NCBI GenBank assembly: GCA_000934665.2
Contig: KZ538370.1
Coordinates: forward strand, 1 to 64,000
DNA from: Catajapyx aquilonaris
Lineage: Eukaryota
DNA length: 64,000 nucleotides
Direction of reading: 5' to 3'
The notes under the pieces were generated by a model that was not told the origin of the DNA, made no database searches, and saw only the letters and a list, made by a program, of their open reading frames with translations. Below are positions 49,851-62,315 of this stretch, piece after piece. Position 1 is the stretch's first letter, and each line of letters starts with the position of its first letter. The position numbers were made by a program, and so were the translations under genes.

Positions 49851-51622
49851 CTGTTAAATATGGAAAAAATATGCATTTTTTAGACTTTTTATCTACAAAA
49901 AATATTATAGAACAGCTCTGTCCGTCAGTGGATAGGCTCATGAATTTGCTAATCTTGCAATTATTTTTAATTATGCAAACAATTCAGCCAGAAACACCTA
50001 GAACTGAAGAAACTGTGACATGCAACACCAAAAAACAGATACAACCCTAGGGAACTGAGAGCTGATTGGATTTGAACTATTTCCATCAACCTTTTTTGAA
50101 ATTCCCCAGGCATCGCCTCTTTTTCCTCGTTCCTATGATGCCCTCCCACAGGCGATATTAAAACCCGGTAATTAAACACAATAATGATCACTCTTAGCAA
50201 TAAAAATCGCTGTTCATTTGCAACCTGTATCGGGTAGTACCGATGTAATAAAAATTCTCGCTACACAAAGTCACATCAAACGTTCCGGCTTTGTGGACGC
50301 TAATAAGTTGAAAGGGCATCATATGGTGCGGCATAATGCTAGAGAAGAGCTTCCGTACTAATTTTGATACGTTTATGGCTGTGATAATGCTAATTTCTCG
50401 ATTGATGTTACTAAACACGTGTAATTTCCGCGTCTAGTATCGCACGTTCACTTTTTCTGCCACGTTTTTTTTTTTTTCTATCAGCCAATGGGAATGAGCC
50501 AGGCTGGACTCCAACCAATCATGCTTCCTGCCACGTTTTTTCTATCAGCCAATGGGAATGAGAGGATGGACTCTGACCAATCCTGCTTCCTGCTACTTGG
50601 AAATGGGGGTGGGACATCATTTCAAGCTTGCAAATTGGAAGTGTCAACAAACCGGAACGTCCCAGATCGATCTAGCCACGATCCGCTTATTCAAACGGGC
50701 CAACTTGCAAAAATCGACCTGAAAATCCGCCAATTTAATGCTGTCCGAGGAAATACGGACCCAAAATGGGGCTTTATCGCCTTAGAAAGGCAGCTTGCCA
50801 AGCAGGAAGTGGTATAGAGGTGGGCCTGCTTTAGACCCCTTGATGTAGAGATGATCACGGCCAATATCCAAGCAAATGGTTTGTAAAATAAGCATGTGAT
50901 CTTGTTAAAGTCCGGTTCTAGAAAGTGGTTCACACACGAAAACCCAACATTTACAAAAATGTGCAAAATCTGAAAAATGCATTGTATGTTTCTTCCGGAT
51001 GGATACATTTTAATGTCAAAAATATTCATATAAGCCCAAGAAAGCAGGTCTTTGGCCAATGTCTGAAAGCATATATTTGGCAGAGTTTCTAAGCCCGGTT
51101 GTCTAGTTCTTTCAAGACAGGCCCCGTATAAATATCGGGGCGATGTGAAAAAATCGGACTTGATTCCGGAAGAAAACAAAACAATGGTTCATAGCTAGTG
51201 GGAAAGTCAAGAAATGGGTTCTTTGAACGGGGTCCTGTCCGAATCTGGACCAAAAACTCGGACTTCTCTGGTCGATACAACCCCCCACGATTTAAAACCT
51301 GGCTTTTCCTTTTACTCTTGAGAAAAAAAGGTTTTCCTTGGAACTTGGCTTACAAGCAGGAAGTCAGTTGTAAACCTTCATTCGCATAGAAAGCGGGGCT
51401 TTATATAGACACCCCCCTACGTAATTCTGCCTGGTATTATGCATTCTGCTCCAGAGAATATAATTAAGTGGATGTTGTTCCCCGTGTAGTGGCAATTTCC
51501 ACTAGCGCTGGGTGTCAATAAGACGTGCTACGTGCTGCAGAGACATCCAGGGTGTAGAACCAGGTATAGGAAGTCCCTGTAGCTACGTTTGGTTGTGAAA
51601 TATTTGATGATTTCAGCTCAGA

Positions 51623-51752
51623 GTGATTTCTGCTAAAACGCGATTCCTGCTCAAAACGTGATTCCTAGTGCTCAAAACGTGATTCCTAGTGCTCAAAACG
51701 TGATTCCTAGTGCTCAAAACGTGATTTCTGCTCAAAACGTGATTTCGGCTCA
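51623..51752. repeat. Minisatellite, 18-21-bp unit tgctcaaaacgtgattcc(tag)
   Basis: About 6 tandem units. Confidence 0.85.
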
Positions 51753-52167
51753 ATGATGAGCACTATTTTTATGGTGAAAGTACAGTACAATGTTTATAAT
51801 GTTAATAATGTTACTGTTACAACATTGAAATTATTTCAACATATTGTGTTTCAGAGGTACTTGCAAACCGCGAATCAAATGATGCGGTGTAATTAGTGGA
51901 AGAAAATTCGAACCTCACGTTTCTCAGTGTGGATGGCTTGAATTTGCATCTTGCAGGACCTTTACATGGTAGTGAAGGCTCGTTTACACCGCTTTGCCAC
52001 AGTGCTTGGTCCAGTTATGCTTTTACAACTGCTTGTTTGCTCTTAAGGGCTCAAGGATTAGAAGCCAGTTCAGCTTCATTACTGCACGTACACAGCAGAG
52101 TGGCATACTGCCCAATGTACACATGTTTCTCTATTTAACTTGGGTCAATATGCGAGATAGAAAGGTA

Positions 52168-52379
52168 CAGTCCCGAGCATAAAGTTGGAGACGCTGCGGG
52201 CCTTCTCTGACCTTCCTTTATCCAACTTAAATTAATTGACTCTTTGTGGACTGAGTTAGTTGCTTTAGGCGTGTGTTAGCGTATTTATAACCATATATTT
52301 GATACTGCAATGACTTAGATTGGCTGAGCACCTTGCTGAAGGGGAGGGCCTGTCGTCTCCAACTTTATGCTCGGGACTG
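52168..52379. mobile_element. Tc1/mariner-type MITE
   Basis: TA|CAGTCCCGAGCATAAAGTTGGAGACG ... CGTCTCCAACTTTATGCTCGGGACTG|TA. Confidence 0.88.
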
Positions 52380-54049
52380 TACAGTGTACACCATGTGTCT
52401 TTTTAATATTTTAAAAGCGGCTGGTTGCTTTCTCATGTGTACTGCATAGTAATTCCTGCTGTGCATTCACTAGATGAACTGATTACAAGTTTGTTACCGT
52501 GGGCTTATTATAATTAGCATGATCTAGTTGTTAAGATAGAGCATCATTTCTCTCATGTATTACTCTGTTGAATGAGTAACATGTAAATATTTCAGTTATA
52601 TCAGTTTTGTACCTTTAATATAAACATGGTAATACAGGTATAATTCAATAATTAATTTCATCAAAATAGAGTATGTAAACACTTAAGAATTTTAAATTGT
52701 AGTAATTGTCCAGTCAATTGTCATTTATTAAATGACTTTCAGCGCCGTGCATAACAAAACGTGCTGCATTTATGTTTACATCCATGTGCAATATAGTAAT
52801 TATATATTAGTATAGTAACATTGCGCATTATTATTTGCACGCCGTTTCATTAATAATGTTTGACGCTGGTTAAACTCCCACCGTGGCATACAGCGCATCG
52901 CGTAATTCTATTTGTGGATGTGGTGTGCAGTGTACCAAAATATTAAAAATCCAGATTTTCCATGGATTCTGACAAGCGCCGCTGGCATATACTCAACAAT
53001 AAATTCCGGTGATTATAAACCATTATAAACGCTCTAAATGCATATATGAAAATTTATGAAAAATTTGACACGCGAACAGCATCCAGGCGTGATATGCCTA
53101 CTGTACGCAGCTAGATAATGAACTTTTCGCCAACACGCGCTTAGGTTGGAATAAATCATTATATCTACATTTTTTGGGGATATACTGTACATGTAACGTT
53201 ATATGCCAACGGGTAAATTTCGTAGCCACCATTATGGCAAGTTGATTTAACATCAAATCTGGCTAAAAATCGAAAACATCACATGAAAATCCCGATCAGA
53301 CTAATTCAGTTCGAGAGCAAATAGTTCGAGAATAGCCCAACTGAGTGCCCCCAAAATTAGACTATAATATAACAATTTGTTATTATCGAGCCTGAAATGC
53401 ATTAATGCAATTAAGGCTTGTCATAAATTCTCATAACAAGTGAGCTGCAACAATGCAAATGTCAGCTGGATAATCATAGCGATTTACATTAATGGAACGG
53501 AGTTGCTGGGCAGGGAATGATTTGTATAGATTCGGACATGAACTAGCCGACGAATAGTATTTAATTCTATCGGATCAGAGTTCACAAGAGGCAAACATGT
53601 GTACGTCAACTGAATTAAAATGATATTTTGCTTGTCACCTCCCCAAGCCATAAAGTTACAGGCAGCCTATATTCAACGTCAGCGGTGAATGGCACTTGTC
53701 CGGTCAGACGACAGGCCCAGTGAGTTAAAACTTGCGGCAAGGTAAATGAGTGACAGACTACCTTTTTTCGCTTCACTTGACGTATTATCAATGTTGCTAA
53801 ATTGCCTGCAAAATCCCCTATCAAAAGGGCGTGGATGAGGTTAAAACGATAATGTTTAAAGAGCAATTAAAGCGCCTAAAATCAGTCAAATATCATTTTA
53901 AGTTGTGACTTAGTTTTCATTTTTAATATTGTTAATTAGTTTTCATTTTTAAAACTTAATTAATTTTTAATTTATTACATTGTTAGGCCTAATTAATTTT
54001 ATTCTAAAGGATTGAGTGCCTTTTTGCAATAGCACTGTATTCAAAAATA

Positions 54050-54260
54050 CAGGGTGTTGTGGGTTGTTTTTATCAATATCGCCCGATAGTAGTTATTTTT
54101 TGTAGCTTGTTGTGCCCCTGAGCCCTGACCAGGTGCTCCACTTTATAGCAATATATTCGACCCCCTGGGGATAATGGGGAACCTGGATCGGGGTTACAAA
54201 AAATAACTATTATCGGGAGATATCAGTTATAAAAACTACAAACTAATTTGGAACACCCTG
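54050..54260. mobile_element. Tc1/mariner-type MITE
   Basis: TA|CAGGGTGTT ... AACACCCTG|TA with internal inverted segments. A related partial copy lies at ~57715-57793. Confidence 0.7.
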
Positions 54261-54270
54261 TATAATCCAA

Positions 54271-54617
54271 CTATTATGCGATTCACGAGTCCTGGCCTGT
54301 TAGGCTCCACCCACCTCCTCCAACGTCAGCGGCGGAAGAAATCAGGCCTGGAATGCTCATGATTCTCGCGAGTAGGAGCCATTGGTGCGGGGTTCGGTCT
54401 CAACAATGGATAAATGGTTCGTCGTATTTCCAGGCCTGGTTGTCCCCCCCCCCCCTGCGATCCACTGCTGCCANCTGCTGCCAAGTGCTCTCCTCCATCC
54501 TCCTGGCAGGCGTGTGAGGCCATGGCGGACGCGGACACGGACGTGGCAACCTCGCCTTCAGAGGGCGGAGGACGGGGGAGGAGCTTAACAGGCCAGGACT
54601 CGTGAATCGCATAATAG
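54271..54617. mobile_element. MITE family 1, copy 2 (opposite orientation)
   Basis: Same TIRs and internal sequence as 6211-6552, reverse-complemented. Confidence 0.9.
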
Positions 54618-55654
54618 AAGGGAAAATCGCGTTAAATTATGTTCAAATTCGATTTGAATTTTGTCGAAATTTCACATGCTCGCTTCTGGTTGGTTGACGC
54701 CTAAAAATATTGTCCGCAAAAAAATGAAATAGTTATTGTACACAAAATCAGCCCGCCATTTTGAATGACACTGTGAAGTCCCACAGTCGCATAGCAGCTT
54801 TTTAATAGCGGCTATTAATAAACAGCGCTCACAGAACAATTCCTCACATTCTCACCTATCCACTCATTTTCCACACACATGAAGCAAGCCACGGTCGCAT
54901 CCTCCTTCGTGACAAATCATACAAGACGCTTCATTAACCCAGTTACTACGTGCTATCAATGCCATTATCTTAACACGATTTTCCGCACCCGAATTAACAC
55001 GCAGGTGATATACGGTCCTCTGTCCCCCCATGGTTTTTATTACCCCCCCCCCCTTCCCCCCGCCCAAGTGCATTACGGAACTAATACGTCGCATAACGTA
55101 TTCTCGGCCAGAGAGGCGATCCCTCACTGGCTGGTAACTATAGGCCTGAAAATATTTCAAGGGAGGCTCTTGAATGGTGGAATTTTGCGCGGGTCATGCA
55201 TCCAAAGGGGCGGAGGGTGGAAATCCTCACGTTCTCCTACAGTGCCTATAACCAGATTAATCTAATTAAGTAGCAAGTGGCAGGGAGGGCTCCTCTTTCC
55301 TGTAAGAAGCACCCTGCATGCTAATAGAGCATAGCAGTAGGGTGGGGTGGGGGGGGGGTTGAATGGGTGCCCCCCCCCTGTCTCTATTTCTCTGGAAGCT
55401 TCCAACCGTGTGGTGTGGTTGGTATGCGGATGCTAGGCTGCTTCGATAATGGGCCAAAAGGGATGGGGGCACATGTACCCATGCGACACTTTTTTTGTCG
55501 GAGGCTTCAGGTGGAATGGGAGGTCACAGGTGTTCGCCTCTGAGGTCAAGGGTTGCACTCCATTTGTGTCGTTATTTGGCTCACTAATTTAGGTAAATTA
55601 TCCGAAAATTATCATTTTTTTGTACATATTTGTATGTTATGTACGTACGATGGG

Positions 55655-55912
55655 GCTCAGATTGTTTTGGCCACTTTATCCTGGTCTTGAAGCAACCCTT
55701 CACTCAGGCCTGTGTGAAGGGTTGCTTCAAGACCAGATAAAGTGGCCAAAACAATTTGAGCCCATTAGTACTTGTCGGTCTCAATTAGTTTAGGCCACTT
55801 TATTCTGGTTTTGAAGCAATCCTTCACACCCACCCACCCACCCACTCACAGTGGGGCCTGTGCGAAGGGTTGCTTCAAGACCAGGATAAAGTGGCCGAAA
55901 CTAATTGAGACC
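55655..55912. repeat. Double hairpin repeat (ggccactttatcctggtcttgaagcaacccttc and its reverse complement, twice)
   Basis: Four copies of a ~40-bp unit in alternating orientation. Confidence 0.8.
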
Positions 55913-55942
55913 GATAGTAACTATGATAACATATGTACAGGT

Positions 55943-56979
55943 ATATGTTAGGCGAAAACCCCGAAAACGGCCATTGAGCGAAAAAGCGACCATTTCGCGG
56001 AATGCTCTTCTCAAAATGGGCAGCTCGCGAAATTCTCCCTTTCAAACCATCTATTTCGCGAAATGCTCGCTTTATAACTGGCAGATCGCGAAATGCTCCT
56101 TTTCAAACCAACCCTTTCGCGAAATGCTTTTTTAAACCCCGTGATAGAGAACATGGCTCTTTTAGGTGGGTGGAACACCACCATTTTTGATCGATTGTCT
56201 AATTTTCCTTCGACACCGGTGCAGAACCGAAATGTTCATTTTAAAATGGCCAGATCGTGGAATAGTTGTCTTTATAACATCCAGAACGCTTTTCTGGCCG
56301 AAACAAAAATGCCAGGACGCGAGTTTTGTGTCGTGGCTGGTTCAGAAAAAGGCCAGGACTCACTTGGCCAGTTTCTTGTTTCCCACTTCGCCACTTAGAT
56401 GTTTTTAAAGTACCCCATTGGGAGAATCGGCGCTCCTTTAGGGGGTGGAGTACCACCACTGCATGGGCCATGGGGCCAAGGATAAGGAAGGAAGGAAGGG
56501 GTTGTGGCATATTATACGGAAACAACCCCGGAATTATCCTGGGGGGACAGTGGAAAACCACAGAAAACCACGGCTAGGATTGCCGGCCCCGGGATTCGAA
56601 CCTAGGACCTCCCAATTAGCAGTCGGGCTCCTTATCCACTCCACCAAACTGCTTCGGTACGCCACGTAGATGTTGGAAATAAATCACCCTATTGTTGTTT
56701 GACAAGTGGGTGAAATACTTGACATAATCTAATAACCCTGTTTATTAGCATTATTATACCGTTTTCAAACGATAATTTCGTGATCTATCCGTTTTAAAAT
56801 AAGAATTTCGCGAAATGAGTGGTTTGAAAAGAAGCATTTTGTTTTTAAATGGTCATTTCGCGAAATGGATGATTTCAAATAGAGCATTTCGCGATCTGCC
56901 CGTTTTGAAGACAGCAGTCCGCGAAATTGTCGTTTTTTTCTCTCTTAATTGCCGTTTTCGAGGTTTGCGCCTAACATAT
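55943..56979. mobile_element. TIR element with subterminal TTTCGCGAAAT repeats, interrupted by a SINE
   Basis: atatgttaggcgaaaaccccgaaaacggc ... gccgttttcgaggtttgcgcctaacatat, with repeated ttcgcgaaat motifs in both arms. Confidence 0.75.
56418..56658 (-). mobile_element. tRNA-derived SINE (full length)
   Basis: Minus strand: A-box-like TGGTGGAGTGG and B-box GGTTCGAATCC, then body ccgtggttttctgtggttttcc...ccttccttcc and tail ...ggagcgccgattctcccaa. Flanked by cgccac(t/g)tagatgtt direct repeats. Confidence 0.8.
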
Positions 56980-59900
56980 TATAATTTTTTAAATATTGGT
57001 ATTTATGCTATAATCTGTAAAAATATTTTTGGGTACATTTAAATCAACAAACAGCTTATCCTGCCTGTTAGATAACCTATCAGCCTCTCTTGGTCAACAT
57101 GTGGCCTGCATAACAGGCGCACTTTTTTTCCATTCGTTCGAAAACAATTCTGTGGTTTACCTGGACCGGTCATTAGCAGCTTCAAAATCAGGGTAATCAG
57201 AGGTTATTGGCCACTCACCATCCCTCTAGTGAGGCCCCCTCTCTAAAACGCAATCATGCTATTTTTAGTAAAAACTCGTGTATTTTTTGTGTGATTTGCT
57301 ACTTCATCTCATCCACTTGGGTAGCTCTGAGTGTTCTGTTAGTTGATGGCAAACAATGGTGGGCATGAGTTTGCGTGGATGTCGCAAACAAGAGGGGGGG
57401 GGGGACAGAGGTTAAAATGACCGCAGAATTTTTAGCAAACAATTGCACAACCTACTAACTGCAGAATTCAAAAAAATTAATTTAGGTCTTATTACATGAC
57501 TAATTATGATGCCCTTAGGGGTAGGCATTTCCTGGTTATAAGCTACTTTTAGTGGTTATCAGTAGTTATTAGCAGCTAATATTAAGTGTAACGGATGCTT
57601 TTTATTTTGTAAAAGGAATGGCACTAATTGTTGGATATATTAATTGCAATTCAACTTAGTTCAAAATTAATTCAAAGCTTCAGTTCACCCTAATTCCACA
57701 GCAGTGGCGGATCAAGCTACAAAAAATAACTACTATCGGACGATATCAGTTATAAAAATGGCTAAATAATTATCGCCAGAAAATTACACCCTGAATATTA
57801 GCCAATCTTTGCTTCCAGATATAATCAAGAGTGTCCAAAAAATAACTAACGTTTTGAATCGCTTTTCTGACGCCTGATGTTGTCATTGAGCGAACAGTAA
57901 ACAACCATAACCTTCTCTGTGGACATTAATGTCGCATGCAGACCAACGTTATTATTATTACTGGGTTCCCACGATGCATAGTTATCGCCACATATGTCGA
58001 AACAGCGGGTTATGAGTGGAATCATTGACATGAAATTCGCCATCATGCGACCGAGAGATGGCTAACTTTTTTTTTGTTTCATTTTTAAAAAATTCAACCC
58101 CCCCCCCCCCCCCNACCCAACACAAGCGGTTTCGATTTTTTGTTTGTGACGTCAGCTGGAATGGACAGGACAACAGTGACAAGGCTCGACTTTCAAACTC
58201 GACCGTGTAAAATGTCACCTGTTTGCATAAAAAGTGCGCTTTACCTTAGTTTAGGGTTACCACACACTGCTGTTTAGGGGGAGGGAGGTGCCTACCACCC
58301 ACTTTTTGGGGGGAGAGTTTTGAATAGGATCATACATACCAGGCGGTTATGCTAACCAGAAAATGGCGACTCTTTTTTGTTGTTGGAAAATCCGGAATAA
58401 TTTAGATGGAAATGCTTCATAATATTGGTTTAATATACAGTGAATTACACTGATGGAGGCGATTTGTTGCGAGATTTTATAGAAGTTCTAACCATGTTAG
58501 GTAAAATGAAAGGATCTATGTTGATTTTGGATTGTTGTCAAAATAAAGGTACCCTTCCACTTGGGTCACTTTTCATCCTTGCATGATGCAATCCAAATTA
58601 TACATGCTCTCCATTATACCTTGGGCTTATAGTATATGTTTATATTTTTCATATCTCGTGAAATTAGCTGCTGAAAATAACATGCTTCCAAATATTACAA
58701 CGAACTTTCAATTCAGGCCTGCAAATTACTAACACAACACTTAAAACACAATAAAAATTACCTCAGCTGCTAATGAATCAATTCATTAAATGTAATGCTA
58801 TCAATGTAATAATAATGAGCATTGTTGCATTTTTTGCTCTTCATGTAGTCCATTGCCTTGTTTTCTCATATTCATCCAGGCAAACACTGCAGAAAAACCT
58901 GCGAAAGTCCACATTTCCTTGTTTTCAACTTGCTGACTTCTTTTTGTCTCCAAACTTCCTCTTTTTTTGCAGTTGCACTTCTTACGTGCCCTAGGCACTA
59001 CTTGGGCCCTTAAGAGTGGCCACGCCTGAAACTCACAGAGTTGAAAAAGTCTCCTCTTCCATTTCGAGGCTCCAGGCTGCCTCTATTCCCAGAAAACAAA
59101 TGGTCGCTACCTGGTTTTTTGCGAAACATTCCCTTTTTCTGCAGCATCAGCACCTCCCCCCCAAAAAATAGCTCCAAAATTTATGAAGTAGCCTCCCAAA
59201 AAATTCTGGAGGGCAGAAGTTTAATTAGTAAATCATCAACAACTTGCTGATAAATATTCATTTCCCTCTGGCGTTTGATATATTATTAAAGAAATGGAAG
59301 CTATACAGTGATCACTGATGTACACAGCCTTTTTCGATATTTTATGCAGACACTTGAATGAGGCGGGGTTGAGAAAAAAAATGTCAGCGAGCAGCGAAAA
59401 TCGATAACGCTCTGTTTGAACGCGAACAACACTATACTAGTCCGCTTAGAAATCTATGCGCGTAACCCTCGAAATGCAGTTGGAAATGCACAATGTTGCA
59501 GTTATTTCGGGACACCCGGTGGTGCTTCAGGGGGTCCGAATTTCGCAATTTTACGACCTGGTTCTGAATTATAAGTTGCCAGGATTTTGCAGTGTAGGCC
59601 TACTGGAAGTTGTTCCTAACAGAGTTAACAGAGTTAATAGTGTTCTATAAAATTTCAATATTAACATTTTTAGTAACTGTTACCTTTTCTTCTGCGTGCT
59701 CAATTTTCATATGCTAATTATGCCCTTCAGATATTTTCCCTAGTTAATTTACCTCAAAGTGTTTACCTTCCACAACGTATAGCATCGTGAGGGTATAGCC
59801 CCGTACCGTATACCACACTACAGCAGTGCGACGTCTCATCTGCAAGTCGGCTAATGGATCCGACAGCTGAAATGGTCCATTGGACCAAGTGCCTTTCACA

Positions 59901-62074
59901 ATGCCGCCAATCCCTGCCTGGCCACCCCCTAGTCCCGTTTCCACCCCTTATCCTCTTTCCCCGCAAAACGACCAGATAAAACGTGACGCCGACAGCCTAC
60001 ATCCGACCAAAAGGAACCCCCGTTTACCGTATTTGTCAAGAGCAGAATAACCCCCCCTACACACACGTTGGGGTTGGTCTGATATATCGCCACTTGTCAG
60101 ATAAGAATTTCGATATGTGGTCAACAAGCCCTTTACAATAATGGTACAGTATTCGCTGAATGTTCCGACTTGGAGACGGGAAAAACACTTAATGGGAGAA
60201 ATCATAAATTCAAAATTCAAAATTCCTACTCAAAACTGGTAATATTCACAATTCAATTTCAGAAACAAATGAGTGGTAAAATGGTGGTATTCCACTCCCT
60301 TTACGGAGCGCCGATTCTCCCAATGTGGTAAAATAAATAAAATAATAATAAATTCACGATTCTAATGATTTCACCTTACCAAGTCTCAGTACACAGTGAT
60401 CATACCTGTGTGTTCAATTGGGGTGTCAGGTGCGTGACAAAGTGTCGACCTTTAAGCTGCGTTTATTCCATCGGTTTGGGGCTGTCACACTAACTAGGGT
60501 CCAGTTTTGTCCTGGGGTCATAATTAAGTCCAGTTGCACCATTTGGCTCTGGGATGGGTGGGAGGGAAAGATGATGGATGCATTTTCATCCCCTGATGGG
60601 AGGGTTTGCTGGCAACAAGTTTAGCTGTGGAGGCCTTTGTTCTAGTATGCATATAGAGGCCGTATGGATTTGTGTTGGTAGAAAATTTTTTGGCGTCATA
60701 CTGTTGGAGGGTATTGCCATCCCACGTGGCTGACACGGGCCTTTTGTAGTTTGGGCCTGGAAATGGCCTGCCTCTCAAAATTTGTATATGCCAAACATGG
60801 CCTAAGGGGAGTGGGCTAATTTTGATGTGCTTACCACCTAGCGCAATGGGATCAAGGCGGATGTACAGAAGGATCGTCAAAAAAATTAGCTAATATTAGG
60901 TTGGCCCTGACGGGATTAGATGGGGGAATGACCCAGTTGGAACCACGATAGTATTCGACAATTTCATTCTACCTAATATTAGCACTAATATACAGGGTCG
61001 ATAAAAAGTAACAAATATTCTGCATACAGGTATGTAAATATATATTAGGCCAGTTTTAATTATTTAAAGTCAATTTTTGTGTAACCTAGGCATGCCTATC
61101 GTCCTCTACATAGAACACTTGTGCAAATGCCATTTTTTGTTATCGTGCGTAGTTCGTTATTTGTTCATAAAAATAAAAATATTGAAATAATGAAACATTC
61201 AGGGATATCTGGATTAATTTTGTACCCAAAATATTGTACCAAGAGCTAACAACTCTTGAGTGTACAGTTCATACAGAACCAATCTCTCATTGCAATATTT
61301 AATGAGCGATTTTTTTTTTTAATACCCTGTAACACATAACTCCACCTGCTGTTTTAGCCCAAATTTCTCTGGATTTAAGCACATGTGGGCCTACTGGACA
61401 TGCCGGCGGTTATTTTAATTCACTCTACATGTATTGAAGGATATGAAAGCAGCTATTAGCATAAAAGGTCCGCTTCGCATGAAATACTGCCGGTCTTTAT
61501 AACAACACAGACCTCGGATTCAACATTCATGTAGGAGCAGCCCTCTTCTATATGATTTTTTTTCTTTGTGGGGGGGGGGGGGGGTCNTCTGTGAGTCAGT
61601 TTCCTCCGAAATTAATCATTTATTTCACCGGGACCGTTTCCGCACATTCTCCATTTCCGCCAAGCCAGAAAAACCCTCGGAGCCAAAACCCTACGCTCCC
61701 ATTTGTCAAAACCTGGGCCCCGCGGTTTTTCCACTTCTTGATTGTGTTACTCATACTTTTTTTTTTCCAACTCTTAGGAAGCATCGAGGCTTATTTGTCC
61801 AACCTGAGATGGGCATTAACTTGTTGACTCCTGCCAGAAACCTTGCATTGTTCTCCTTCAAAGTACAGAGAGCTCGCAATTTCGATTATTGAAGTTCCGG
61901 TTTTCCCTTGTGATCTTGCTCTAATTAAAGTGCAGGAACAAAGCGAGGGTTGTAAATTATCTTTGGGGCTGATGAAGACTATGACTGTATAGATGATGGC
62001 ACACCACTTCTCTCGAAACCATTCTCTAGTTCGGTGCACCCAAAGACATCTCATTTCATCCTAAAATATGCATC

Positions 62075-62315
62075 AGAATATTTTCTTTCAAACAGTTTCG
62101 TATTTTCGTCCATGTTCAAATATTTTCACCCAAATATTATTTTCGTTCAAATATTTTCCCTCAAATTTTATTTTACTCAAATCTTATTTTCGGCCAACAG
62201 AACAATATCGTCCGAATATATTTCTCCAAATATTTTCACCCAAATATTTTTTTCGTCCAAGTATTCTGGCCCAAACATTTTCGTCCAAACAATATCGTCC
62301 GAATATTTTTGTTCC
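62075..62315. repeat. Degenerate tandem repeat (aaatattttc-tcc-like units)
   Basis: Repeated caaatattttc motifs generate low-complexity ORFs in several frames. Confidence 0.65.

Noticed and set aside
51623..51752. CRISPR-like array (also considered for the 30-bp repeats at 11191-11324)
   Set aside because: No unique spacers between repeats, eukaryotic context and no cas genes. The 30-mers differ between loci while the insert is constant, the opposite of CRISPR.
60380..60410. VLRLG|gtaag as gene E exon 1
   Set aside because: In-frame TGA a few codons upstream, no in-frame ATG and no signal peptide.
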